Part shown: positions 36,161-45,745 of the stretch, piece after piece
Layout: the number at the start of each line of letters is the position of its first letter
How positions within the stretch are numbered: the first letter of the stretch is position 1
Origin: an uncultured Acetatifactor sp.
Lineage (GTDB): Bacteria > Bacillota > Clostridia > Lachnospirales > Lachnospiraceae
Reading direction: 5' to 3'
DNA: 64,000 nt
NCBI GenBank assembly: GCA_910585425.1
Contig: CAJUCP010000015.1
Coordinates: 39,307 to 103,306, forward strand
Notes under the pieces: model-generated
What the model saw: the letters and a program-made list of their open reading frames with translations, nothing else
What the model was told of the DNA's origin: nothing
Databases searched by the model: none
Made by a program: the position numbers and the translations under genes

Positions 36161-37063
36161 ATGGCAGGTCATATCAAAACATCGGCGGGCGACAAAGCAT
36201 ACCTTGGAATCATCTATCTGTTCCTGGGATTATTTACCATATGCACCATCTATCCTCTGGTCTATGTCGTAAGCTGTTCCTTTTCCAGCCCGGAGGCCCT
36301 GGTGCAGGGGAGAGTCTTCTTCTGGCCCGTGGAGTTTGGCTTACAGGGATACCAGGCGGTCTTCAAGAACGGCCAGGTCTGGTCAGGATATCTGAATACG
36401 ATTCTCTATACAGTGGTGGGAACCATGGTGGGAACGGCCGTCACCATGATGGCAGCCTATGTCCTCTCCAGGCGGGAATTCCCACTCAGGAAGGGGATGA
36501 CGGCGCTGTTCATGGTGACCATGTTCTTCGGGGGCGGGACCATACCCATGTATCTGTGGCTCAAGAGGCTGCACATGCTCGATACGATATGGGCGCTGGT
36601 GCTGCCGGGAGCCTGCAATGTATGGATGACGATCATCGGGCGGACATTCCTTCAGTCCTCTGTCCCGGAGGAGCTGATTGACGCCACCTGCCTGGACGGG
36701 GGAGACTATCTCCAGTATTTCACCAAAGTAGTCCTGCCCCTCTCCAAGCCCATACTGGCGGTGATGGCCCTGAATTTTGCCCTGGGGCACTGGAATTCCT
36801 ACTACAGCGCGCTGGTGTACCTGAATGATGCCGGGAAGTACCCGCTGCAGATCGTGCTGCGGAATATCCTGATCCAGAATACGGTGGACATGACGGATAT
36901 GGGCAGCGGCATGGATGTGAACAGCATGCTCCACAATCAGTATCTGTCGGAGCTTTTGAAGTATTCGCTGATCATCGTGTCCAGCCTGCCGCTGCTGGTC
37001 ATCTATCCTTTCCTTCAGAAGTATTTCATCAAAGGCGTGATGATCGGCTCCGTGAAGGGATGA
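36161..37063 (+). CDS. Carbohydrate ABC transporter permease (LplC-like), paralog of 17732-18643
   Basis: DATCLDGGDYLQYFTKVVLP EAA loop. The ATG at 36161 follows GGGGGAGGAGC. The TTG at 36143 overlaps the previous stop. Confidence 0.9.
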   Translation: MAGHIKTSAGDKAYLGIIYLFLGLFTICTIYPLVYVVSCSFSSPEALVQGRVFFWPVEFGLQGYQAVFKNGQVWSGYLNTILYTVVGTMVGTAVTMMAAYVLSRREFPLRKGMTALFMVTMFFGGGTIPMYLWLKRLHMLDTIWALVLPGACNVWMTIIGRTFLQSSVPEELIDATCLDGGDYLQYFTKVVLPLSKPILAVMALNFALGHWNSYYSALVYLNDAGKYPLQIVLRNILIQNTVDMTDMGSGMDVNSMLHNQYLSELLKYSLIIVSSLPLLVIYPFLQKYFIKGVMIGSVKG

Positions 37064-37147
37064 CTGTGGGAACGGGGCGGAAGGAGTCTGTGGACGGAGG
37101 CCAAAGGCGCTCCGTATCATATAGAAGAATGTAAGGAGGATATGAGC

Positions 37148-38854
37148 ATGATGAAGAGGAAGAGACGATTGGCGCTGGGGCTGGCGGTATCTGTAGCGAT
37201 TGCGATGTGCGGATGCGGCTCGGGCGGCTCGGAGGGCAGCGTGCAGGAGAGCCGGCCGCAGGAGGGGACAGAGGCACAGGACGGGGATGCCGGATCCTCC
37301 GGGCAGGCGGCAGGGGCGGAGAGCGTATTCCCGCCGGAGGAGACTGTGACGATCAGGGCGATGATGTGCCAGATTCCAGGCGTGGTGGAGCTGGAGCAGA
37401 ATACGGTGTTCCAGGACCTGGAGGCCTATGCCAATGTGGATTTCGAGCTGACGTTGGTGCCGGAGGAAGGGTATAAGGACAAGCTGAACCTGATGATGGC
37501 CAGCGACGACTACCCTGAAGTCATCACGCACGCCGATTTCTCGAACCAGGATCTGGAGAAGTACGGCGTGGAGGAGAAAATCCTGATACCCCTGAACGAC
37601 CTGATCGACCAGTATGCGGTCAATCTCAGGGAAAGGCTGGCGGAGCATCCCGAATGGGAGGAGCAGATGAAGAGCTCCGATGGGAACATCTACGGGATTC
37701 CCTCCGTTGACTCCGGCGGGGAAGGACATGGGGACTGCGGCTATAAAATGTGGATCAATACGGAATGGCTGAAGGCCGTGGGTAAGGAAATGCCCACCAC
37801 GACGGATGAGTTCAGGGATGTGCTCATGGCTTTCAAGAACGGGGATCCCAACGGAAACGGCATGGCGGATGAAATCCCCCTCACAGGTGCAACCGGCACC
37901 TGGGCGGCGGACCCTTATCTGTTCCTGCTGAACGCATTCGGATATTTCAATGAGTCCAACTACTATGTGAAAGACGGCAAGGTCCAGAGCATCCTGGACC
38001 AGGATTATCTGAAGACAGGGCTGGAGTACGTCCATGGCCTGTATGTGGACGGCCTGATCGATCCGGCCGCTTTTACCCAGAGCCTGGAGCAGATGACGGC
38101 TGTGGGAAACAATGAGGGGACTGTCATCGCCGGGACTGCATCCTGTGGCCATATAGGGATGTTCCTGGATATCAACAATCCGGAGCGGTATGGCCAGTAC
38201 GAAATCATGATGCCCCTGGAGGGGCCCACCGGTTATCAGGCCATTCCCTACACTCTGCAGCACAATGTGAGCGGGGCCGCCTTCGTGATCACGGATGTCT
38301 GTGAGCACCCTGAAATCGCCATACAGATTGCGGATCTCTTCTGCGGCGAGGAGTGGAGCGTCCGGGGACAGGCCGGTAAGCAGGGGGAGGACTGGGATTA
38401 TGCCGATGGCAGCAGGACAGGCATGGACGGTGTGACTGCCGCCAAGTATAAATGGCTGGCCTATAAGGCGCAGGCGGCGGCAGACCAGAGCGTCAATAAC
38501 TGGGACTGGACTCTGAGGCTGATAGAGCCTAACTGGAAGAACCTGTTTGAGGTGGACGGCGATATCATGGATCCCACGAATTATGAGGCGAGGCTGTATG
38601 CGGATACCATGAAGCTGAAGCCCTACGCGGCTGATGTGGACGTAGTTCCGCCCCTTGCCTTCACGGGGGATGACGGGGATACCTATGCCCGGATGTCCAC
38701 CGCGGTCAGCGACTACGCGAAAAATGCAATCGTGGAATTCATCACAGGAACCAGGGACATCGACGCGGATTGGGACGGCTATCTGGCCGATCTGGAGAGG
38801 CTGCAGTACCGGGATATGCTGGACCTCCTCCAGAAGACGATCGACGCGCAGTGA
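37148..38854 (+). CDS. Extracellular solute-binding lipoprotein of a carbohydrate ABC transporter (LplA-like)
   Basis: Lipobox LAVSVAIAMCGCG. AAGGAGG lies 8 nt before the ATG at 37148; ATGs at 37142 and 37151 are alternatives. It is a paralog of 14975-16705. Confidence 0.85.
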   Translation: MMKRKRRLALGLAVSVAIAMCGCGSGGSEGSVQESRPQEGTEAQDGDAGSSGQAAGAESVFPPEETVTIRAMMCQIPGVVELEQNTVFQDLEAYANVDFELTLVPEEGYKDKLNLMMASDDYPEVITHADFSNQDLEKYGVEEKILIPLNDLIDQYAVNLRERLAEHPEWEEQMKSSDGNIYGIPSVDSGGEGHGDCGYKMWINTEWLKAVGKEMPTTTDEFRDVLMAFKNGDPNGNGMADEIPLTGATGTWAADPYLFLLNAFGYFNESNYYVKDGKVQSILDQDYLKTGLEYVHGLYVDGLIDPAAFTQSLEQMTAVGNNEGTVIAGTASCGHIGMFLDINNPERYGQYEIMMPLEGPTGYQAIPYTLQHNVSGAAFVITDVCEHPEIAIQIADLFCGEEWSVRGQAGKQGEDWDYADGSRTGMDGVTAAKYKWLAYKAQAAADQSVNNWDWTLRLIEPNWKNLFEVDGDIMDPTNYEARLYADTMKLKPYAADVDVVPPLAFTGDDGDTYARMSTAVSDYAKNAIVEFITGTRDIDADWDGYLADLERLQYRDMLDLLQKTIDAQ

Positions 38855-38930
38855 GTATATGCCTGTCAGGCCGGGGGAAACGCTTTTCAGAGAGGGAAAG
38901 CGTTTCCCCCTGTGCAGGTTGGGGGGGATT

Positions 38931-40964
38931 ATGGGAGATAAATTTTATGCTAAAGGAGCCAAAGCAATCTACTTCCGGGTTCTGAAAATGTTCCTGCTAA
39001 TCGTCATGATACCTTTCCTGATCCTGTTGATCGTATACGCAGGATTGACCAGGAACATCGAGAATCTGATATGCGAGAGGAACTTTGAGATTGTGAAGAC
39101 AGGGGCGGAGGATTTCGAGAGGCTGCTGAGCAATCAGGAAAATCTGGCAGTCTTTTTTGAGTGCAGCCAGGATATCATGAACTTCTATTATCGGGCGGAC
39201 CCTCTGGCGGAGGGGAAGACCACCAGCGCCATTCTGGAGGCGCAGAATGACCTGAACGCCATGGGGATAGCCAACAGCGACGTCCTGAACATACAGATGT
39301 ATGCGGCTCACAGCGGCGCGTTGATCGACTATTCCACCTGTGCCCTGTACCTTGACAGATACTTCTGGAGCGGCGGCTTCGGGCTTGTGGGATATGACTG
39401 CGAGAGCTGGGTCAGAGATATCCTCCATAATGAGGAGCAGGCGGATTTTCGCGAGGCGGAAATGTTCTTTCGGGGAAATACCCGGGAGGTGCTGATCTAT
39501 AACAGGAGATACGCCGGCGCCAGCTCCGCAGGCGACAATAATCGAATCATCTTCTATATCGATGCTTCGAAGGTAAAAAGCGCATTTTCCGCCGCACAGT
39601 ATGAGGAGGGCTTTCTGGCGGTCATGGACAGTCGCGGCACGGTCATCCTGTCGGATCGCCTCACGGGAGAGAAGGAGCAGTATCTTGCCGACACTGTCTT
39701 TACGGAAAACGGATACCGCAAATGCGCCATCGGCGGCAGGAAGATGCTGCTGGTCCATTATCGCAGCGGTACTTTGGGGCTCTCCTATGTGCTGGCGGTT
39801 CCCTACAGCGATGTCCGGGCCGTGGCGCAGCCGCTGATCCAGACGATGAAATACTTTATCCTGCTGGCAGCGTTGGTATGCGCCCTGCTTGTGGTCAGAT
39901 TGTCCGTCCGCTGTTCCAGGCCTCTGGTCAAGGTGCACCAGACGCTGAAGATAACGGAAAAGAATATATCTCTGGATGATTTTGTGGAAAGACTGGTGAA
40001 GACAGTCAAGCGCAATGAGGTCATGAAGGAGGAGATGCAGAGGCTGCAGGGACTGCTGCAGCATGAGGTGTTCAAGAACGCCATGATGGGAAACGTGACA
40101 GAAACAGAGGAGATACAGGCGGCCATCGCCCAGAGCGGCATCCGGCAAAGGGCGGATTGCTATGTGCTTCTGATCCTGAGCTGGAACGATCTGGCGGACG
40201 ACATCAACATCGAGGAAATCAGCGCCCAGAAGATTTACATGGTAAGCATCATCCGCAGCCTGGAAAAGGGCGAGGTGGAACTGGTATTCCAGCTCGACCT
40301 GGAGAAGTCCGTCATCCTCCTGTCATATGACGGCTGCTCCGGGCAGGAGGCCAGGGACAGAGTGGAAGGGCTGGTGAGGCAGGTGATGGAGGAATCTGTC
40401 CGGAACATCAATTACAGCATATCCGTCTCAGGGGACATGTTCCACAGCCTGGAAGAGATTTCCAGAGGCTTTTTCCACGCGAAAAAAGCCCTGTCCGTCT
40501 CCCAGAACATATTCGGCAATCATCCGATACAGTGGTATGAGATAGCGAAAGGATATCTTAAGACCATGCCTCAGGAAGAGGAGGAAGAGTACGCGTCCTC
40601 CCACAATGTGCGTGTGGTGGAGGAGATTCAGAAATATATCGAAGAGCATTTTTCCGATCCGGGGCTCTCTCTGACGTCCATCGCAGAGGTGTTCTTCATC
40701 ACGGAAGCGTATGTATCGAAGCTGTTCAAAAGGATTTCGGGGCAGAATTTTTCCAAATATATCGAAAAGGTAAGGATGGAGAAGGCGAAAATTCTGCTGG
40801 AGGAGGGGAGGACGGTCAAAGCGGTCTCCGAGATGGTGGGCTACAACACGCCGCAGGTATTCCGGCGGGCCTGGAAGCGATACTACAGCGGTCTTCCATC
40901 GGAAAACCTGACTGCCAGGGCGGACGGGGAGAAGGATGCCGGGAAAATCTCTAAAAAGTCTTGA
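38931..40964 (+). CDS. Membrane-anchored AraC family transcriptional regulator with a periplasmic-type sensor region (one-component)
   Basis: TM1 MFLLIVMIPFLILLIVYAG and TM2 YFILLAALVCALLVVRL flank ~290 aa. The C-terminal AraC HTH is SLTSIAEVFFITEAYVSKLFKR...VSEMVGYNTPQVFRRAWKRYY. The ORF-track start at 38655 lies inside the previous gene. Confidence 0.8.
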   Translation: MGDKFYAKGAKAIYFRVLKMFLLIVMIPFLILLIVYAGLTRNIENLICERNFEIVKTGAEDFERLLSNQENLAVFFECSQDIMNFYYRADPLAEGKTTSAILEAQNDLNAMGIANSDVLNIQMYAAHSGALIDYSTCALYLDRYFWSGGFGLVGYDCESWVRDILHNEEQADFREAEMFFRGNTREVLIYNRRYAGASSAGDNNRIIFYIDASKVKSAFSAAQYEEGFLAVMDSRGTVILSDRLTGEKEQYLADTVFTENGYRKCAIGGRKMLLVHYRSGTLGLSYVLAVPYSDVRAVAQPLIQTMKYFILLAALVCALLVVRLSVRCSRPLVKVHQTLKITEKNISLDDFVERLVKTVKRNEVMKEEMQRLQGLLQHEVFKNAMMGNVTETEEIQAAIAQSGIRQRADCYVLLILSWNDLADDINIEEISAQKIYMVSIIRSLEKGEVELVFQLDLEKSVILLSYDGCSGQEARDRVEGLVRQVMEESVRNINYSISVSGDMFHSLEEISRGFFHAKKALSVSQNIFGNHPIQWYEIAKGYLKTMPQEEEEEYASSHNVRVVEEIQKYIEEHFSDPGLSLTSIAEVFFITEAYVSKLFKRISGQNFSKYIEKVRMEKAKILLEEGRTVKAVSEMVGYNTPQVFRRAWKRYYSGLPSENLTARADGEKDAGKISKKS

Positions 40965-41019
40965 AATCCATAGGCCCCACATGCTATAGTGTTAAAAGCC
41001 GATGGATGCAGGGCTTATA

Positions 41020-41080
41020 CTGCATAACGCTGAATACTGCCTAATGCAATCAAGCGATTGAACCAGTCAGCGTTATGCAG
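41020..41080. repeat. Inverted repeat with 14-bp arms downstream of the AraC gene
   Basis: CTGCATAACGCTGA (41020-41033) pairs with TCAGCGTTATGCAG (41067-41080). There is no clear U-tract. Confidence 0.5.
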
Positions 41081-41145
41081 TCTGGTTTCACGGCAAGTGA
41101 AATCGTTAAGCAGTATATTTTCAGGAAAGACGGCATGGGGGAGAC

Positions 41146-41646
41146 ATGTTAGAAATCTTTTATCCGGACAACGAAGCGCAGAGCGCTTATGGAATCGATT
41201 ATGAAGGACTGTACGGCAGAGGCTACCGGGGCGTCATCTTCGACATCGACAATACCCTGGTGCCCCACGGCGCCCCTGCGGACGACAGGGCGGTAGACTT
41301 TTTCGCGGGCCTGCGGAAGCTGGGCTTCCGGACCGTGCTTTTGTCCAACAACAAGGAGCCCCGGGTGCGGCCCTTCGCAGACAGGGTGTCGTCGGACTAC
41401 ATATGCGATGCCGGAAAGCCCGGGCGCGGGGGGTATGAGAGGGCCATGGAGCTGATGGGCACGACCCCGGAGAGCACGCTGTTCGTGGGGGACCAGCTCT
41501 TCACGGATGTGTGGGGGGCGAAGCGGGCCGGAATCGTCAGCTATCTGGTGAAGCCCATCCACCCCAAGGAGGAGATTCAAATCGTGCTGAAGCGCAGACT
41601 GGAGCGCGTCGTGCTGTTTTTCTATCACAGGAAGAAAGGGCAATAA
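41146..41646 (+). CDS. yqeG: YqeG family HAD-IIIA phosphatase
   Basis: VIFDIDNTLVPHG motif I, LSNN, GDQLFTDVWGA, and a size of ~166 aa. It lies upstream of aroE, as in the Bacillus yqeG cluster. Confidence 0.8.
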   Translation: MLEIFYPDNEAQSAYGIDYEGLYGRGYRGVIFDIDNTLVPHGAPADDRAVDFFAGLRKLGFRTVLLSNNKEPRVRPFADRVSSDYICDAGKPGRGGYERAMELMGTTPESTLFVGDQLFTDVWGAKRAGIVSYLVKPIHPKEEIQIVLKRRLERVVLFFYHRKKGQ

Positions 41647-41814
41647 GAGCCTGGCCCCTGCGGCTTTTCTAAAAGACGGAAAACCTCTCCGGGACGGCGG
41701 AACCGCTTCCCGGGACGGGGCATTGAGGTGCAGCATTAAAGCATAGCATTGATGTGTAGCATGGAAGCGCAGAGATGCGGAGACGGAAATGGAATCAGGA
41801 GGATGACGGACATC

Positions 41815-42684
41815 ATGAAGATAGACGGATACACCCGGGTCTGCGGGGTGATGGGGAATCCCGTGGAGCACACCATGTCCCCGGCCATACATAACACCCT
41901 GGCGGAGGCATTGGGGGAGAACCTGGCCTATGTCCCCTTCCGCGTGCCTGCGGGGGCGGCAGGGGAGGCTGTGCGGGGGGCTTATGCGCTGAACCTCCTG
42001 GGCATGAACGTGACGGTGCCTTACAAGAGCGAGGTGATTCCTTTCCTGAAGGAGACGGACCCCCTGGCGGAGACCATCGGGGCGGTGAACACCCTGGTGC
42101 GGACGGAAGGCGGGTTCAAGGGCTACAATACGGACATGCCCGGGCTCTACCGCGCCATGTGCGAGGACGGCGTGAAGATTGAGGGGGAGGATGTGCTGAT
42201 CCTGGGAGCGGGAGGCGTGGCCCGGGCCGTGGCCATACTGGCTGTGGACAAGGGCGTGAGACAGGTCCGCATCCTGAACCGCACGCCGGAGAAGGCGCGG
42301 AAGATAGCGGATGAAGTGAACGATCTGGCAGGCCGGGCCCTGGCGAAAGGCTGCGGGCTGGAGGATTGCGCCTCCCTTCCCGGGGAAAGCTATCTCGCCA
42401 TCCAGGCCACCAATGTGGGGATGTTTCCGAAGACGGAGGAGGCGGTCATCGAGGACGCCGCCTTTTACAGGAAGATACGGATTGGCTACGACCTTGTCTT
42501 CAATCCGGCCAGGACCCGGTTCATGGCTTTGGTGGAGGAGAACGGCGGCAGGGCATTTGGCGGGCTTAAGATGCTGCTGTACCAGGGCATCATAGCCTAC
42601 GAGCTCTGGACGGGGACCCGGGTGGATGCCGGGCTTGCCAAGAAGGCCTATGGGGCCATGAAGGAAGCCATGCACATTTCATAG
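41815..42684 (+). CDS. aroE: Shikimate dehydrogenase
   Basis: GVMGNPVEHTMSPAIHN, NVTVPYK, and ILGAGGVARAV Rossmann motif. The ATG at 41815 lies 15 nt after AGGAGG. Confidence 0.85.
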   Translation: MKIDGYTRVCGVMGNPVEHTMSPAIHNTLAEALGENLAYVPFRVPAGAAGEAVRGAYALNLLGMNVTVPYKSEVIPFLKETDPLAETIGAVNTLVRTEGGFKGYNTDMPGLYRAMCEDGVKIEGEDVLILGAGGVARAVAILAVDKGVRQVRILNRTPEKARKIADEVNDLAGRALAKGCGLEDCASLPGESYLAIQATNVGMFPKTEEAVIEDAAFYRKIRIGYDLVFNPARTRFMALVEENGGRAFGGLKMLLYQGIIAYELWTGTRVDAGLAKKAYGAMKEAMHIS

Positions 42685-42917
42685 CCTGGGCTCTGTAGCG
42701 GCTGAGCCCCAGGCATCCGATCCGGGGGCCCGGGCGGGATGCGGAGTGCGGCCGGCCGGCGGGGAATGGCCGCAATACGGCGGGGCAGACAGCTGGCCCA
42801 TGGCGGCAATGCGTGAGGCTGCGGACATTTCCCTACAGAGCCTGATACGCTGGAAAAGGCCCTGGGCGGATACGTAAAAGGCGGTCCGCAGTGGGAGCGG
42901 AATGCAGGAGGCGGAGG

Positions 42918-43874
42918 ATGAAGCGGAAGAATCTGGTGCTGATTGGTTTCATGGGAAGCGGGAAGACATCTGTAGGGCTGCGGCTCTCCTACAGGCTGCG
43001 CAGGCCCGTGGAGGATACGGACAAGTTGATAGAGCGCAGAGAGGGGCGCAGCATCAGCGAGATATTTGCCCGGGAGGGAGAGGAATATTTCCGCGGGCAG
43101 GAGACGGCGCTGCTGGAGGAGCTGGCGGGCAGGCGGCACAATGCCATCTTTTCCGTGGGAGGCGGCACCCCGGTGCGGCCGGAGAACAGGGAGCTGCTGA
43201 AGCGCCTGGGGACGGTGGTGCTTTTGCGGGTGCGCCCGGAGATCGTGTATGAGCGGCTGAGGGGGGATACCACCAGGCCGCTCCTGCAGTGCCCGGACCC
43301 CCTGGGGCGCATCCGGGAGCTGATGGAGGGCAGGAGAGCGGCCTATGAGTCCTGCGCGGACCTGATTCTGGACGTGGACGATATGGAGATGGGGGATATC
43401 ATAGACAGCATCGCAAAGGAGATGGACAGGATGAAGCTTTTAGTGATCAACGGGCCTAACATCAATTTCCTGGGAATCCGGGAGAAGAGCGTATACGGCG
43501 CCCAGGATTATCAGTATCTGCTGGACATGATCCGGAAGAAGGGGGAGGAGTCGGGAAACGACATCACGGTATTCCAGAGCAACCACGAGGGGGCCATCAT
43601 CGACCGGATACAGGAGGCCTATTTCGACGGCACGGAGGGAATCGTGATCAACCCGGGGGCCTACACCCACTACAGCTATGCCATCCGGGACGCCCTGGCC
43701 AGCATCACGGTGCCAAAGGTGGAGATCCACATCTCCGACATCACGAAGCGGGAGGAGTTCCGGAAGGTGTCCGTCACCGCGCCGGTGTGCGACAGACAGA
43801 TATACGGCCTGGGGCTCGCGGGGTATCTGAAGGCCATCGACTGCGTCCTGGACATGGGGAAAAAGCAGGGCTGA
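42918..43874 (+). CDS. aroK/aroQ: Bifunctional shikimate kinase / type II 3-dehydroquinate dehydratase fusion
   Basis: N-terminal half has LVLIGFMGSGKTSVG (P-loop) and GGGTPV. C-terminal half has MKLLVINGPNINFLGIRE, SNHEGAIID and EIHISDITKREEFR. One uninterrupted frame. Confidence 0.85.
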   Translation: MKRKNLVLIGFMGSGKTSVGLRLSYRLRRPVEDTDKLIERREGRSISEIFAREGEEYFRGQETALLEELAGRRHNAIFSVGGGTPVRPENRELLKRLGTVVLLRVRPEIVYERLRGDTTRPLLQCPDPLGRIRELMEGRRAAYESCADLILDVDDMEMGDIIDSIAKEMDRMKLLVINGPNINFLGIREKSVYGAQDYQYLLDMIRKKGEESGNDITVFQSNHEGAIIDRIQEAYFDGTEGIVINPGAYTHYSYAIRDALASITVPKVEIHISDITKREEFRKVSVTAPVCDRQIYGLGLAGYLKAIDCVLDMGKKQG

Positions 43875-43927
43875 TGCGGGCTCAGATGCGCTTTTCCAAT
43901 CTTTTTCCAAATTTTTTTCAAAAACAG

Positions 43928-43956
43928 TTGAAATTTGTACACATTTATATTAAACT
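43928..43956 (+). promoter_or_regulatory. Candidate sigma-A promoter of efp
   Basis: TTGAAA (43928-43933), a 17-nt spacer, then TAAACT (43951-43956). Confidence 0.4.
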
Positions 43957-44000
43957 AATGTAGAATTATATTTGTGAGCACAATTTAGGAGGAATACGAA

Positions 44001-44558
44001 ATGATTTCTGCAGGTGATTTCCGGAACGGTATTACCATTGAGTATGATAACAATGTGTATCAGATTATTGAATTCCAGCATGTGAAGCCTGGCAAGGGCG
44101 CGGCCTTCGTGAGGACGAAGCTGAAGAACATCAAGAGCAGCGGCGTGATCGAGAAGTCCTTCCGCCCTACCGAGAAGTTCCCTCAGGCACGTATCGATAG
44201 AAAGGATCTGCAGTATCTGTATTCGGACGGGGATTTGTACTATTTCATGGATACGGAGAGCTATGAGCAGATTGCCCTGAACAGCGATGCCGTGGGCGAT
44301 GCGCTGAAGTTCGTCAAGGAGAACGAGATGTGCAAGATCTGTTCCCACAACGGAAGCGTATATTCCGTGGAGCCTCCTCTGTTCGTAGAGCTGGAGATCA
44401 CGGATACCGAGCCCGGCTTCAAGGGAGATACCGCCACAGGTGCGTCCAAGCCCGCTACCGTGGAGACAGGAGCGCAGGTAGCTGTTCCTCTGTTCGTGAA
44501 CCAGGGGGACAAGATTAAGATTGATACCAGGACAGGCGAGTATCTGTCCAGGGTCTGA
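44001..44558 (+). CDS. efp: Translation elongation factor P
   Basis: [43 protein letters not shown] is a canonical EF-P N-terminus. It is 185 aa with RBS AGGAGG. Confidence 0.95.
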   Translation: MISAGDFRNGITIEYDNNVYQIIEFQHVKPGKGAAFVRTKLKNIKSSGVIEKSFRPTEKFPQARIDRKDLQYLYSDGDLYYFMDTESYEQIALNSDAVGDALKFVKENEMCKICSHNGSVYSVEPPLFVELEITDTEPGFKGDTATGASKPATVETGAQVAVPLFVNQGDKIKIDTRTGEYLSRV

Positions 44559-44683
44559 TTTCACCTGATTCGTTCCGAGATGATATAGATTTATGCTGCT
44601 CTTTCTGGTGTCTGCTTCGGCGCAGGCGCTGTTGCGCATGTTCATGATGATTGTACTGAAGACAGCGCAGAAAGAAGGAGAGT

Positions 44684-45592
44684 ATGGATATAAACGAATT
44701 TGCAGGCAAGGTCTGCAATGCCATGAGGAAGACGCTCGGCGCGGATTGCCGGGTGGAATGCAAGGAGGTACGAAAGAACAATGGCGTCATCCTCCACGGG
44801 CTGCTGGTTCTGGGAGAGGACCGGAACGTGGCGCCCACGATATATCTGGACACCTTTCTGGAGGCCTATGAGGCGGGAGCGACCTTCGGGTCCATCATCC
44901 AGAGGCTGTCGGATATCTGCAGGGAGGATATGCTGCGGGAATCCATAGACATGGAATTTTTCCGGTCCTTTGAGAAGGTGAGGGACAGAATCTGTTACCG
45001 CCTGATCGGCAGGAAGGGAAATGAAGAGTTGTTGGAAGACATACCATATATCGAATTTCTGGATTTGGCCATCTGCTTCTACTATGCTTACCATGGGGAT
45101 GCGCTGGGAGACGGGACGATTCTCATCCACAATTCCCACATGGAGCTCTGGGACACCTGTACGGCTGAGCTGTTCGGGGTGGCGAAGCGCAATACCCAGA
45201 AGCTTTTTCCCTGGGTGTGCAGCTCCCTGGCGGAGGTGCTGGACGAGATAGGGGCAGAGGATGGCGGACAGGCATCGGCAGAGGACGATATCTTTCTGCG
45301 GGAGATGCCGCTGCAGGTCCTGAGCAATGAAAAGAGGACCCACGGAGCCATCTGCATGCTTTATCCGGATCTGCTGGACGGGCTTGCCGGGAAAGGGCAG
45401 CGGAATTTCTATATTCTGCCCAGTTCTGTCCACGAGGTGATCCTGCTGACGGACACAGGTGCCGAATCGGCAGGGGAGCTCAAGAAAATGGTCACGGAGG
45501 TGAACCGCACTCAGGTCGCTCCGGAAGAAGTGCTTTCTGACAGTCTTTATTACTATGATTCCACCGATAAAAGGGTCAAAATAATTTTCTAA
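44684..45592 (+). CDS. Hypothetical protein (resembles the DUF5688 type found in Clostridia; assigned from memory only)
   Basis: 302-aa ORF with RBS AAGGAGAG and good coding appearance. Confidence 0.6.
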   Translation: MDINEFAGKVCNAMRKTLGADCRVECKEVRKNNGVILHGLLVLGEDRNVAPTIYLDTFLEAYEAGATFGSIIQRLSDICREDMLRESIDMEFFRSFEKVRDRICYRLIGRKGNEELLEDIPYIEFLDLAICFYYAYHGDALGDGTILIHNSHMELWDTCTAELFGVAKRNTQKLFPWVCSSLAEVLDEIGAEDGGQASAEDDIFLREMPLQVLSNEKRTHGAICMLYPDLLDGLAGKGQRNFYILPSSVHEVILLTDTGAESAGELKKMVTEVNRTQVAPEEVLSDSLYYYDSTDKRVKIIF

Positions 45593-45612
45593 GAATTTCC
45601 TTAAATTTATAG

Positions 45613-45641
45613 TAGACATATCAAAAGTTTTGTGATATTAT
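45613..45641 (+). promoter_or_regulatory. Candidate promoter for the tRNA gene
   Basis: TAGACA (45613-45618), a 17-nt spacer ending in TGTGA, then TATTAT (45636-45641). Confidence 0.4.
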
Positions 45642-45673
45642 AGTCAAAGCGATGTAACAATTTTGTAATATTT

Positions 45674-45745
45674 GCATCCGTAGTCTAATGGATAGAACGA
45701 AGGCCTCCGACGCCTTTAATGCAGGTTCGATTCCTGCCGGATGCA
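45674..45745 (+). tRNA. tRNA-Arg, anticodon CCG
   Basis: Hand fold: acceptor GCATCCG/CGGATGC; anticodon stem AAGGC/GCCTT with loop CTCCGAC; T arm GCAGG-TTCGATT-CCTGC. The D stem has one mismatch. CCA is not encoded. Confidence 0.9.

Noticed and set aside
36383-38308. A 641-aa minus-strand ORF antisense to a permease and a binding-protein gene. Similar long antisense ORFs lie at 14891-15904, 18618-19817, 26169-27329, 33409-34647, 41149-42675, 45801-47210 and 49484-50716.
   Set aside because: All are antisense to genes with clear family signatures. All have biased His/Arg/Gly/Pro composition and lack ribosome-binding sites.
38655-38930. The N-terminal extension of the AraC-regulator ORF given in the ORF track.
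   Set aside because: The extension lies inside the binding-protein gene in another frame. The first plausible start after that gene's stop is the ATG at 38931, which directly precedes the first TM helix.
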